40,019 nt of DNA from an uncultured Weeksellaceae bacterium (GCA_964453635.1 CAYVSK010000004.1:1-40019), one strand, 5' to 3'. Shown: positions 18,349-28,018, counted from the stretch's first letter. The notes: generated from the letters alone by a model not told the origin. A program made the numbers and translations.

Positions 18349-18648
18349 ATGAAGAGCAACACAAAAACCGATCCCATGGTGATTCAAAAAGAAGAGATCC
18401 CGTCATGCCGGTTTCCCCGGCAAGAAGTTCTTTCTGAGAACAGTGGCATTGAGAACCGGCGAAGGAAACTGGAGAATGCCACCATCCTGGGCAATATCGA
18501 TCACAACAAATGCAAGATCATTTTTGAGGATGATGAAGGGGTAAAACAAGTGGAGACGACCGTTTGGGCTACGGGAGAGGAGAACATTTCCCTCAAACAC
18601 GGCGCCACTATCCCCATCTGCAGGATCCGTGACGTCAAGGTGCTTTAA
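18349..18648 (+). CDS. Conserved small hypothetical protein (Bacteroidota)
   Basis: 99-aa ORF whose LENATILGNIDHNKCKIIFEDDEGVKQVETTVWAT...LKHGATIPICRI segment resembles a widespread Bacteroidota hypothetical family (from memory). Start is 18349 or 18376. Confidence 0.75.
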   Translation: MKSNTKTDPMVIQKEEIPSCRFPRQEVLSENSGIENRRRKLENATILGNIDHNKCKIIFEDDEGVKQVETTVWATGEENISLKHGATIPICRIRDVKVL

Positions 18649-18827
18649 AGCATCGGGACACCTCCCCCTCTTTAAAGAGCGTGCCCTCCAAAAACCTTTA
18701 TTTTCGTTCCCTTGTTAAAAGTCTTGGTTAGAGCCTTGACTCTTATCGAGCCCTCGCCGGTACAGCAATAGCAATGCCCGGGGATTTGGGTGCGTTCTTC
18801 GAAAACCTGAATCGATTCCGTTCCCTC

Positions 18828-20906
18828 ATGAATTTCCATTCTTTCATAATACAGCTCCTCTTTTTTTTCCTGATCGCTTTATCTGGTCAAGGTCAGAATG
18901 GTCCTTTTGGGAAAGGGGAAGGGGCGGATATCGAGCAGGGGAACGACCAACAAACGGGCATGATCGACCCGATCGAATGGGAGTTTTCCGCAAAAAGGAC
19001 GGGAGAAAAACGATATGAGCTGGTCCTCAGCCCCCGGTTGGACGAAGGTTGGCACATTTACGGGCCGAACCTCGGAAAAGATAAAACCGGGCCCATTCCG
19101 ACCAGCCTTACCCTTCAAAAACCCAAGGACATCGAGCGGAAAGGGGACCTTACCGGAAAGGATCCCATCACCAAGTTCGATAAGAACTTCCAAATGGAGC
19201 TCACCTTCCTGAAGGGAGATGCGGAGTTAACACAGTCCGTCAAGATCAAGGACCCCAACGATCCACCGGTCGTAAAAGGTACCGTGGAATTCATGGTGTG
19301 CGACGATAAAAGATGCTTACCTCCCGAAAGCGTGGATCTCTCTATCGATCTCGCCGAAGCCAAAACGGTCACCTCTTCCAAGGAAGGGTCAAGTGACAGC
19401 GAAAAAGAAGCAACTGTTACAGAGGGATCGGAACGAGGCTGGTTCACCCTTTTCCTGCTCTCATTCGGGGGTGGCCTCCTTGCGATATTCATGCCCTGCG
19501 TCCTACCCATCATTCCGCTCACGGTAAGTTTTTTCACAAAACAAAGCAAAAGCCGGTCCGAAGGGATCCGGAATGCCTGGATATACAGTTTATCGATCGT
19601 GCTGATCTACGTAACCATCGGCTTTCTGATCACGATCATTTTCGGAACGGATGCGCTGAACAAACTCTCCACCAACGTCTACATGAACCTCTTTTTCGGG
19701 ATCTTGCTGGTGGCCTTTGCATTTTCGTTCATGGGGGCTTTTGAATTGCGCCTGCCAAGTTCATGGGTCAACAAAACTGAAAGGGCTTCGGAGCAAGGCG
19801 GTTTGATCGGGATCTTCTTCATGGCCCTTACCCTAACCCTGGTCTCCTTTTCCTGCACGGCCCCGATCATTGGTCCTCTTTTGTATGAAGCCTCCGCAAA
19901 AGGCGGTGTAGCAGGGCCTCTGGTCGGCATGTTCGGCTTTTTCCTCGCTCTTGCCTTGCCTTTCGGTTTATTCGCAGCTTTTCCGACATGGCTAAAAACC
20001 CTACCGAATGCAGGCGGTTGGATGAACACCTTCAAGGTGACCCTCGGCTTCATAGAACTTGCCTTTGCCTTCAAATTCTTCTCAAATGCAGACCTGGTCA
20101 TGCAGGCCGGTATCCTGAAAAGAGAACTGTTCCTGATCATCTGGACGGTGATCTTCCTGGTCCTCGGACTTTATCTTCTGGGCCTTATCAAATTGCCGGA
20201 TGATCCGGAGGGTATCATCCGGCTTTCCGTGCCCCGCGTCATGGCGGCCATGGTTTCCCTGGTCTTCGCCCTTTATCTTTTGCCTGGAATATGGGGAGCT
20301 CCCCTGAAAATGATCAGTGGTTTTCCACCACCGGACTTTTATAAGGAATGGAGAGGGGCATCGGTTAATTCCCCAACTCCATCAGGGACCGGGGAAGGGA
20401 CAACGAATACGGGATCGACATCCACCCGAAAACCCAAGTGTCCGCTCCGCTTAAATTGTTATCACGATTACGATAAAGGGTTGGCCCGTGCCAGAGAGGT
20501 CGGCAAACCGGTCATGCTCGACTTCACTGGTTGGGCCTGTGCCAATTGCCGGCGAATGGAAGAGAACGTATGGTCAGACCCGACGGTCCTACCAAAACTG
20601 AAGGAGGATGTTGTCCTGGTCTCCCTCTACGTGGACCAGCGAAGCACCTTGCCGGAGGATAAACAAAAAACCGCAACGATAGGCGACGAGAAGATGCAGA
20701 TCGAAACGGTCGGGGATAAGTGGGCTTACTTTCAAGCATCCCGCTTCAATACCAATGCTCAGCCCTTTTACGTTATGCTCGACCACAATGGTGAGCAATT
20801 GACCGAGCCCGTTGGTTACAGCAGTGTGGAACGGTTCCGGGCATGGCTGGACCGGGGCATCAAAGCCTTTAAAAAGCAAAACGGGGAGCTTACCGGCATG
20901 AATTGA
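18828..20906 (+). CDS. dsbD: Thiol:disulfide interchange protein DsbD (N-terminal Ig-like, TM and thioredoxin domains)
   Basis: N-domain VCDDKRCLPP, TM-domain MPCVLPIIP and FSCTAP, thioredoxin DFTGWACANCRRME. Confidence 0.93.
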   Translation: MNFHSFIIQLLFFFLIALSGQGQNGPFGKGEGADIEQGNDQQTGMIDPIEWEFSAKRTGEKRYELVLSPRLDEGWHIYGPNLGKDKTGPIPTSLTLQKPKDIERKGDLTGKDPITKFDKNFQMELTFLKGDAELTQSVKIKDPNDPPVVKGTVEFMVCDDKRCLPPESVDLSIDLAEAKTVTSSKEGSSDSEKEATVTEGSERGWFTLFLLSFGGGLLAIFMPCVLPIIPLTVSFFTKQSKSRSEGIRNAWIYSLSIVLIYVTIGFLITIIFGTDALNKLSTNVYMNLFFGILLVAFAFSFMGAFELRLPSSWVNKTERASEQGGLIGIFFMALTLTLVSFSCTAPIIGPLLYEASAKGGVAGPLVGMFGFFLALALPFGLFAAFPTWLKTLPNAGGWMNTFKVTLGFIELAFAFKFFSNADLVMQAGILKRELFLIIWTVIFLVLGLYLLGLIKLPDDPEGIIRLSVPRVMAAMVSLVFALYLLPGIWGAPLKMISGFPPPDFYKEWRGASVNSPTPSGTGEGTTNTGSTSTRKPKCPLRLNCYHDYDKGLARAREVGKPVMLDFTGWACANCRRMEENVWSDPTVLPKLKEDVVLVSLYVDQRSTLPEDKQKTATIGDEKMQIETVGDKWAYFQASRFNTNAQPFYVMLDHNGEQLTEPVGYSSVERFRAWLDRGIKAFKKQNGELTGMN

Positions 20907-20933
20907 GGACACGCCCCCATGTGAAGAGGTCCC

Positions 20934-22232
20934 TTAGATCAGCATTCCCACCGTGGTCCCTGTGAAAAGGGAAGCAAGCGTCCCGGCAATAAGGGACTTG
21001 AAACCCAATTTTGACAAGAGGCTCATTCGCTCGGGGACGAGAGCACCGATCCCACCAACCTGGATCCCGATCGAAGCAAAATTGGCGAAGCCACAAAGGA
21101 TATAGGTGGCAATGATAATGGAGCGCTCATTCATCAATTCTCCCGAACGCCGCATCTCCCCGAGGTTCATATAGGCAATGAACTCATTGAGGATGGTCTT
21201 CTCCCCCAGCAATTGACCGACAGCAACGGCATCCTGCCAGGCGACCCCGATCAACCAAGTGAGCGGAGCAAAAAGATAACCCACCAGGAACTGAAAGGTC
21301 AGCTTTTCGTAATCCGTGTACTGTTGAATGAAACCGTTCACACCGATATAATGACCAATGAAATCCCCCAACACGTAGTTGAACAATTTCACGAGTGAGA
21401 TGAAGGCGATCAGCATAGCAGCCACGTTCACGGCCAGTTTCAACCCGTCGCGAGCCCCTTTCGTGATGGCTTCCAGGGCATTGGTGCCCATTTTTTCTTT
21501 GCTGACCGACAATTCCTTATCGAAATCCTCCGTCTCGGGTACGAGTATCTTGGCCGCCACCAATGCTGCTGGAGCCGACATCACCGAGGCGGTAAGGAGA
21601 TGTTTCGTAAAGCGGAGTTTTTCGGCAGGATCGTCTCCCCCCAGGAAACTGATGTAAGCCATCAATACGCCACCCGCTATAGTGGCCATGCCCCCCGACA
21701 TCAGGGCCATGATCTCGGAGCGGGTCATCCGTGAAAGGTAGGGCTTTACAAGCAGGGGTGAGGTTGTCTGACCCAGGAAAACATTACCGGCAGCCGCCAG
21801 GGACTCCGCCCCGGAAAGGGTCATGAAACGCTTCATAAGCCAAGCAAGGCCGTAAACGATCCGCTGGAGGATACCCCAGTAATAGAGCAGCGTACTCAGG
21901 GCCGAAAAGAAAATGATCGTGGGCAGAACATCGGTCGCAAAGTTGACCATGGCGCTTTCGAGTTTGCCCGTTTCACTGGACCTGAAAAGGAATTCAGTTC
22001 CGGCATCAGCAAAAGAGATGACCTTAATGAAAGCATTGCTCAGGAACTCAAAGAAAGCCTCGACCACGGGGACCTTCAAAATAAGAAGACCGAGGAGGAC
22101 CTGGAGGCCCAGTCCCTTGAAAACCAAGGACCACTTAATGGATGAACGATCACTGCTAAATAAATAGGCAATGCCGAGGAGGGAAGCGATCCCGACAAGC
22201 CCCCTCAGGATATGAAGCAGGTTCTCCAGCAT
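20934..22232 (-). CDS. Concentrative nucleoside transporter (CNT/NupC family)
   Basis: VLPTIIFFSAL, GAESLAAAGNVFLGQT, GGMATIAG, NEFIAY and LCGFANFASIGIQVGG. Confidence 0.95.
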   Translation of the reverse strand: MLENLLHILRGLVGIASLLGIAYLFSSDRSSIKWSLVFKGLGLQVLLGLLILKVPVVEAFFEFLSNAFIKVISFADAGTEFLFRSSETGKLESAMVNFATDVLPTIIFFSALSTLLYYWGILQRIVYGLAWLMKRFMTLSGAESLAAAGNVFLGQTTSPLLVKPYLSRMTRSEIMALMSGGMATIAGGVLMAYISFLGGDDPAEKLRFTKHLLTASVMSAPAALVAAKILVPETEDFDKELSVSKEKMGTNALEAITKGARDGLKLAVNVAAMLIAFISLVKLFNYVLGDFIGHYIGVNGFIQQYTDYEKLTFQFLVGYLFAPLTWLIGVAWQDAVAVGQLLGEKTILNEFIAYMNLGEMRRSGELMNERSIIIATYILCGFANFASIGIQVGGIGALVPERMSLLSKLGFKSLIAGTLASLFTGTTVGMLI

Positions 22233-22309
22233 TCCGGTGAAGGGAGGTCGTAATACAAAGCTTAATGAACGGGAACGGAATGGTAAAACGGTCGAAGCAG
22301 CATGGCCCT

Positions 22310-22942
22310 TTAACTGGATTGGGTGCGCTTCTTGATCTCATCTCTTATAATGGAAGCCGTCTCGTAATCCTCCTCCTTAATGGCCTTTTCCAGTCGTGTT
22401 TCCAGCTCGTTGAAGGAAAGTTCCTTGATATCCACCTCACTGATATCACCCTGGGGCTCTTCCTCGACCCCCTGAGCGGCACTTTCTTCCCCCTCTCCTT
22501 CTTCCTCCTCGCTCTTCATGTCCTCATCCAGAACAATACCGGCTGAACTCAGGATGAATTCGTAAGTATAGACCGGACAATCATAACGTACGGCCAGCGC
22601 CACCGCATCGGAAGTCCGGGCATCGATCTCCTTTTCCTCTCCATCCTTCTCGCTGATGATCTTGGCAAAGAAGATTCCTTCAACCAGGTTGTAAATAATG
22701 ATCTCTTTCACGTTGATCTCAAAGGCATCCGAAAAGTTCTTAAAGAGGTCATGGGTCAGCGGACGGCTCGGCGTCATATCCTCCAGCTCAATAGCGATGG
22801 ACTGAGCCTCGAACCCGCCGATAATGATCGGCAATCGACGCTTTCCTTCCTCTTCCCCGAGTACAAGTGCATAAGCACCGGACTGGGTCTGACTGTAGGA
22901 AAGGCCGATGATCTTGAGTTTTATGCGCTCCATCTTGCTCAT
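22310..22942 (-). CDS. Bifunctional nuclease (DUF151) domain protein with C-terminal UVR (UvrB/C) motif
   Basis: RLPIIIGGFEAQSIA, RPLTHDL and DARTSDAVALAVR, then an acidic linker and LEKAIKEEDYETASIIRDEIK. Confidence 0.9.
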   Translation of the reverse strand: MSKMERIKLKIIGLSYSQTQSGAYALVLGEEEGKRRLPIIIGGFEAQSIAIELEDMTPSRPLTHDLFKNFSDAFEINVKEIIIYNLVEGIFFAKIISEKDGEEKEIDARTSDAVALAVRYDCPVYTYEFILSSAGIVLDEDMKSEEEEGEGEESAAQGVEEEPQGDISEVDIKELSFNELETRLEKAIKEEDYETASIIRDEIKKRTQSS

Positions 22943-22994
22943 GTTCCCGGTCCCAACAAAAGATCCTGGCCGGTATAGGACAGAACCGACGGCC

Positions 22995-23960
22995 TCAATT
23001 GTCGTTCTCGTAAAACTTTTTGAAAGCTTCTGTCAATTTGGGGACGACCTCAAATGCATCCCCCACGATTCCGTAATCAGCAGCTTTAAAGAAGGGTGCT
23101 TCTTCATCCTTGTTAATAGCGACCATGACTTTGCTACCATTCACACCAGCAAGATGTTGGATCGCACCCGATATACCGACGGCAATGTAAAGGTTGGGCC
23201 GCACGGTCAATCCGGTCTGGCCAACATGTTCATGGTGGGGACGCCATTCATTATCAGCAACCGGCCTGGAGCAAGCTGTAGCGGCTCCAAGGGTTTCGGC
23301 GAGGTCTTCTATGACCTGCCAGTTCTCGGGGTCTTTCAATCCTCTCCCACCGGACACGACCTTTTCCGCCTCGGGAAGAGAGACTTCACCCTTGGAGGTC
23401 TTTCTTTCCTGGACCTCAATGACCTTTTCCCCAACATCGGCTTGGGTGTCCTCGACTTCAGCCTGGGTTCCCTCCCGCTTCTGAATACTATGGGCATTGG
23501 GAAGAAGAGATACAATCTTTTTTTCGGTCTTGATGGAGACATGGGCCATCGCCTTGCCTGAGAACACGTTCTTTTTCACCACGAATCCGTTCCCGGTATC
23601 CGGCTCGGCAATAGCACCCGGTACGTGACCCGCATCGAGTTTCACCGAGACCTTGGGTGCGACGGCTTTCCCTGAGGAATCATGAGAAAAAACGATCACA
23701 TCCGCCCCGATATTCCCTGCTGTCTCAGCTACCAAACGCGCCAATTGGCCGGCATCCGGGTCCTCCAGATCAGCTCGGAGCACCTTGTCCGCACCGTAAT
23801 CCCCAAGACCGGCCAAAGTATCCTGGGACAAGGCCCCATAAGTAACAGCCGTCGTGTTCGTGCCCAACTGCTCGGCGATACGGTAGCCGTAATTCACGGC
23901 CTCGTAAGCCCCTTTCGACAACCGGTCTTCCGTGCGGTCCGCAAAAACGAGAACTGCCAT
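22995..23960 (-). CDS. etfA: Electron transfer flavoprotein alpha subunit
   Basis: VVSGGRG, VGQTG...[17 protein letters not shown] and [20 protein letters not shown]. Confidence 0.97.
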   Translation of the reverse strand: MAVLVFADRTEDRLSKGAYEAVNYGYRIAEQLGTNTTAVTYGALSQDTLAGLGDYGADKVLRADLEDPDAGQLARLVAETAGNIGADVIVFSHDSSGKAVAPKVSVKLDAGHVPGAIAEPDTGNGFVVKKNVFSGKAMAHVSIKTEKKIVSLLPNAHSIQKREGTQAEVEDTQADVGEKVIEVQERKTSKGEVSLPEAEKVVSGGRGLKDPENWQVIEDLAETLGAATACSRPVADNEWRPHHEHVGQTGLTVRPNLYIAVGISGAIQHLAGVNGSKVMVAINKDEEAPFFKAADYGIVGDAFEVVPKLTEAFKKFYENDN

Positions 23961-23961
23961 A

Positions 23962-24702
23962 TCAAATAACTTTTGCTTCGTTGTGCAGGAGGTCCACTAA
24001 CTCTTCGGGGTTCTCGGGATCGATAAACTTGCACTCCGACTTGGGTGGGGGCAATTCGTATTCCCTGATCTCGGTGTGGGGCTCCTGTTCCACGGGTTCC
24101 ACGACCGTGAATTGCTTTTTTCGCGCAGCCATGATCCCCCGCATATTGGGGATCCGCTGATCAGCCATACCCTTGGCAGTAGCGACCACAACGGGAAGAT
24201 CCACCGATACGATCTGACTCCCCCCGGTTATCTTGTGTTCGAGCGTAGCCTTGTTCCCTTCCACCTGGAGATCACTGGCATCGACCACATAGGGCATGTC
24301 CAGCATTTCAGCGATCATGCCGCCGACCTGTCCGCCGTTGTGATCGATCGTCTCATCCCCCATCATCACGAGGTCAAAATTTTTATCGCGGGCATACTCA
24401 GCGATCTGCTTGGCGACATAAAAGGCATCTTTTGGCCCAGCATTCACCCGCACGGCATCGTCAGCCCCCAAAGCGAGGGCTTTTCGCATGACCGCTTCAT
24501 CCTCCTGCGGGCCAACAGTGATCGAAGTGACCGTCCCGCCAAAGGACTCCTTCAACTCGAGCCCCCGAACGAGCCCGTACCACTCATCCGCCGGGTTGAT
24601 GATGTATTGCACATCCTTGTCGTTCAGTTTCGTATTGTTATCGGTGAATTCGATCTTGGTGGTGGTGTCGGGCACTTTGCTCAAGCAAACCAATACATCC
24701 AT
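23962..24702 (-). CDS. etfB: Electron transfer flavoprotein beta subunit
   Basis: VCLSKVPDTT, INPADE, RKALALGADDAV and RIPNMRGIMAARKK. Start at ATG 24702; 1 nt separates it from etfA. Confidence 0.97.
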   Translation of the reverse strand: MDVLVCLSKVPDTTTKIEFTDNNTKLNDKDVQYIINPADEWYGLVRGLELKESFGGTVTSITVGPQEDEAVMRKALALGADDAVRVNAGPKDAFYVAKQIAEYARDKNFDLVMMGDETIDHNGGQVGGMIAEMLDMPYVVDASDLQVEGNKATLEHKITGGSQIVSVDLPVVVATAKGMADQRIPNMRGIMAARKKQFTVVEPVEQEPHTEIREYELPPPKSECKFIDPENPEELVDLLHNEAKVI

Positions 24703-24780
24703 AGCCAATATTTTACAGGGTCCGTGACCCTTTTCTTTTTATTGTAAAGGAAAAAACGGGGTGAGGGCCCCGACAGGTTG

Positions 24781-24788
24781 CAAATCTA
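24781..24788 (-). promoter_or_regulatory. Bacteroidota sigma-A -7 promoter element (TAGATTTG) for etfBA
   Basis: Perfect TAnnTTTG followed by CA on the minus strand, about 80 nt upstream of etfB. Confidence 0.65.
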
Positions 24789-24898
24789 CAAAAATTCGGG
24801 ACTTCCCATGAGATCCTTCCTGACCGAACAAACCGTGACTCCGGGGTTCTCTTATGGGTCGATCGACCCGCTAAAGGGGATTTTGAGCAACGGTTGCC

Positions 24899-27800
24899 CT
24901 ATTCCACCCAGAGCTTCTTTATAAAGGGCTCATGACCTTGTTTATAAAGACGGATAAAATACAAACCCGAAGAAATATCAAGCTCCGAAACGGAGTAAGA
25001 AAGAACATGCTCACCGGCGTTCTTTCTGCCTTCGAACAATCCAGTGATCTCCCGGCCTCTTGCATCCAACAACTCGATCCTTACTTCTCCGGAGCTTGGC
25101 AGGGCATAAAAAAGGTTGAAGCTGGTCCGTGCCGGATTGGGGAAAAGATCAATCCCCACCGCGTCCTCGTTTTCCGGGATGCCAATGGGCTGCAGATAAA
25201 GCTGCCCGTTGGAGCTCGTGGGGGTGGACCGTAACCCGGCGTTGTTCAAAGCGCGAACGACCACATAATAGGTGACCCCATCAATAAGGTTCAGACCCGT
25301 AGCCGTAGCCGCTGTATCCATTCCGACACCCGTCCAGGCTACAACATCGGAATCCCCGGGACTGGACCCCACCGCATATTCATAACCCATCAGGCCGGAA
25401 TGGCGATCGTTCGATCTCGTCCAATTCCCCCCCAATTGGGTCCCCTCATGAGTGGTGTCTATATCATTGCCCATCCCGTCATTCACAGCGACCGGGACCG
25501 GTGATGTCCAGTCCACATCGAAGTCCTGTGAAACGACAGGTGAAAGGTTTCCTTCATTATCCTGGACAATGGATCTGATCATACCGGCAGAAGTGTCGGG
25601 TCCCTGGTTCTGGTGCCGAACGTCGTTGGTGGTATCGGGGCCGATCTTCACGGTCACTTGGGGATATCGGGACCGATAGACGTTCAGTTTGCGGATCCGG
25701 TAATCAGCGTTCCCGGAGCGAAAAGAGATATGGGAACCGCCCTGATGGGGCGTAGGGTCGCTCCATTCAGCGACCAACTGGTCGTTCACATAAACGCGCA
25801 TCTCTCCGGTTATCCGGTCGTAACTCACTTTGAAGTCATACCACTCACCGGCTTTGAAAGAATGAGCCTTATCCAGATCGGGCCCTACACCCCAGGAATT
25901 GCTGTTCACATCATATATCTGGACCCGGTCGTCATCTACGCGAAACCAGACGAAATAGGAATTCCCCCGTTCATTTAGCGCGGGGTCGTCACTGAAAAAG
26001 TGAAGACCGGCCCGCCGGTTGCTTCCACTTCCGTCGATACGGGCCTCCCAGTGGTAAAGATAGCGGTTGGACAAGCCCTGATCCAGTGGAGCGTAAATGT
26101 TCGTATTGTTCAGGCTGTCCTCACTCTGCCGAAGCACTCCACTGCCGGTCAGTTTCCAATCCCCGTTCACGACGGTCCAATCGGAATGGATGGAATCCTG
26201 GCCGAAATTGTCGGAGAAAAATCCGTTCCGGTGGTTCCCCCTCCATTCTTTCCCATCAAAGTCCAGCACTTGATAATACCGTTTTTCCAGGCCACTACCC
26301 CCGGAATCGTCCCGGTCAATGAAGGTCACATCGAAGTCTCCGGTCACCCAACCGTTCTGAGGAAAGGAGTTCGTATCGATCCTGGTGACCGGATCGATGG
26401 TATCGGGCTCGGCGGATCGCCAACTTATGGCCCATCCAGGAGCAGTTGTCTGACAATCGGACCGGAATTCCAAAAGGATCGAACTTCCGCTCGAAGAGAT
26501 GGTGGAGGGAATTGTCGTGCCCGTGTATTTCCCGATCAACGAATCCGTCAAGGCATTCCCGTCATAAACGTAAAGGTAGTCCCAATCCGCCTCCAGCTCG
26601 AATTCATCGATGGTCAGGGTGACCGAGGGGGGATCGTTGGGGGGTTGGATCAAGTAAAGCTGCCTTTCATCATTGGAATAATCCCCGTTCGGCCCTCCAC
26701 TGTCGTAAAATTGGCCGCTATTGGTAGTCATGCTGTCCACTGGAGGGTTGTTGTTGATCAAGCGATAGTAATACGCCCAATCATAGTAAGGGCCGGGATC
26801 CGTGTGGGTTTGGTTGGGATAGTGCTGATGGCCCTTGATCCTCGTACAACTCCCCAGCTCACAATTGCTGCTCCCACCTGAACAGGCAGGACCGTCGTGG
26901 GTGCGCAAAGGGTCGATCCCATAACCACTGTTTGTGATATCGCGGACAAGGTCGGCCGAGCTCCTGTATAAGGCGTCGGTCAAATAAGAAGGATCGTCGA
27001 TATAGCCTTCGTGCTCGATCCCAATGGTATAGCTGTTCTCGCTCCCAACGTGCCATGCATTGTCCGCTTCGTAGACCAGCTGCGTGATCTGCCCGTCGGA
27101 GGACCGAATGGCGTAGTGAAAGGATACATTGGAATTGCAGTTATGGGCCCAGGAAATGGCCCCTGAATAGGTCCCCTGCATGGTATGGATGACAACGGCA
27201 CTTACGGGCGTTCCGTTCCGGGAGGAGTAATTGCAGGAAGGCACAGGGTCCCAGATGGCCGGCGGATAATCGGGGCTTCGCAATGGCCCTTTGTTAAAGG
27301 AAATTCCCTCCTTACTGTGGACCTCTTCCTTTCCAACGGTCACTTGGGAACTCCGCAGGACCTTCAGGTTCTTCTGACCAAATATGCCCGCCAGGTCTAC
27401 CTTATGGCGAGGAAGACCATATGCTTTCTGGAAAGCCCGGTCCCCGAGTGTGTTCAAAACATCGTAGAGCCAGCTGCTCATGGCATAATCGTTCACGAGC
27501 GTCTCTTCGTGCGGAAGCTCTGATAAGCTCATCAGGACAGGCACCTGACCCTTAATGGCCCGTCCTTTGACGTCCAATTCCTGCTGAGCCTCACGATAGG
27601 CCCGGGCATAAGCCAGGATCCCCTTGCGGGGATCTTGCCGGATCCCTGCAACGGAAAACGAACTCATATCAGCTACGTATCGAAGATTTTCCCGGAAATT
27701 TCCATGCCCGTTAAGGACCAAGCCCATGACGCCATAGTTATGGGGCTTTTGCATACACCCTTTTGGAGTCGACCCATTCAGGTGCCGGAAACGGGTCATT

Positions 27801-28018
27801 TTCCAGGCAACAGCCTCCAACACACCCACGGGGATGGAAGGATATCGCTCATAAGCCTCGTTGAAATATTCCTCATAAGGGTTCGTGGGGTATCGCTCTC
27901 CTCCGGTAGGAGCCTTTCCGTTTTCAGGCAAAGCGGAAACCTGAAACACCTGCCCCCATAGGGTTAAAGCAATAATGCAAAAAGCCATTAAGGGTAAAGG
28001 GCGGGGAACAAGCGACAT
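24899..28018 (-). CDS. T9SS-secreted N-acetylmuramoyl-L-alanine amidase (Amidase_2) with CUB, beta-sandwich and FN3-like modules
   Basis: Signal peptide. Amidase_2 Zn and catalytic residues: VIHTMQG, SFHY, AWHVG, IGIEHEG, KGHQH, HTDPG. CUB-like FYDSGG...YSND...DYLYVYDG...LEFRSD...GW. C-terminal T9SS type A sorting domain LFPNPA...LLDARGR...SGLYFIRL...KKLWVE. Confidence 0.9.
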   Translation of the reverse strand: MSLVPRPLPLMAFCIIALTLWGQVFQVSALPENGKAPTGGERYPTNPYEEYFNEAYERYPSIPVGVLEAVAWKMTRFRHLNGSTPKGCMQKPHNYGVMGLVLNGHGNFRENLRYVADMSSFSVAGIRQDPRKGILAYARAYREAQQELDVKGRAIKGQVPVLMSLSELPHEETLVNDYAMSSWLYDVLNTLGDRAFQKAYGLPRHKVDLAGIFGQKNLKVLRSSQVTVGKEEVHSKEGISFNKGPLRSPDYPPAIWDPVPSCNYSSRNGTPVSAVVIHTMQGTYSGAISWAHNCNSNVSFHYAIRSSDGQITQLVYEADNAWHVGSENSYTIGIEHEGYIDDPSYLTDALYRSSADLVRDITNSGYGIDPLRTHDGPACSGGSSNCELGSCTRIKGHQHYPNQTHTDPGPYYDWAYYYRLINNNPPVDSMTTNSGQFYDSGGPNGDYSNDERQLYLIQPPNDPPSVTLTIDEFELEADWDYLYVYDGNALTDSLIGKYTGTTIPSTISSSGSSILLEFRSDCQTTAPGWAISWRSAEPDTIDPVTRIDTNSFPQNGWVTGDFDVTFIDRDDSGGSGLEKRYYQVLDFDGKEWRGNHRNGFFSDNFGQDSIHSDWTVVNGDWKLTGSGVLRQSEDSLNNTNIYAPLDQGLSNRYLYHWEARIDGSGSNRRAGLHFFSDDPALNERGNSYFVWFRVDDDRVQIYDVNSNSWGVGPDLDKAHSFKAGEWYDFKVSYDRITGEMRVYVNDQLVAEWSDPTPHQGGSHISFRSGNADYRIRKLNVYRSRYPQVTVKIGPDTTNDVRHQNQGPDTSAGMIRSIVQDNEGNLSPVVSQDFDVDWTSPVPVAVNDGMGNDIDTTHEGTQLGGNWTRSNDRHSGLMGYEYAVGSSPGDSDVVAWTGVGMDTAATATGLNLIDGVTYYVVVRALNNAGLRSTPTSSNGQLYLQPIGIPENEDAVGIDLFPNPARTSFNLFYALPSSGEVRIELLDARGREITGLFEGRKNAGEHVLSYSVSELDISSGLYFIRLYKQGHEPFIKKLWVE

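Noticed and set aside
24856-24869. Perfect 14-bp palindrome gggtcgatcgaccc downstream of the amidase as a terminator
   Set aside because: The stem is short and there is no U-tract on the minus strand, so it is not supportable as a terminator.
26000-26881. 293-aa plus-strand ORF opposite the amidase, considered as a possible immunity gene
   Set aside because: Fully antisense to well-formed domains, with no signal peptide or motifs.
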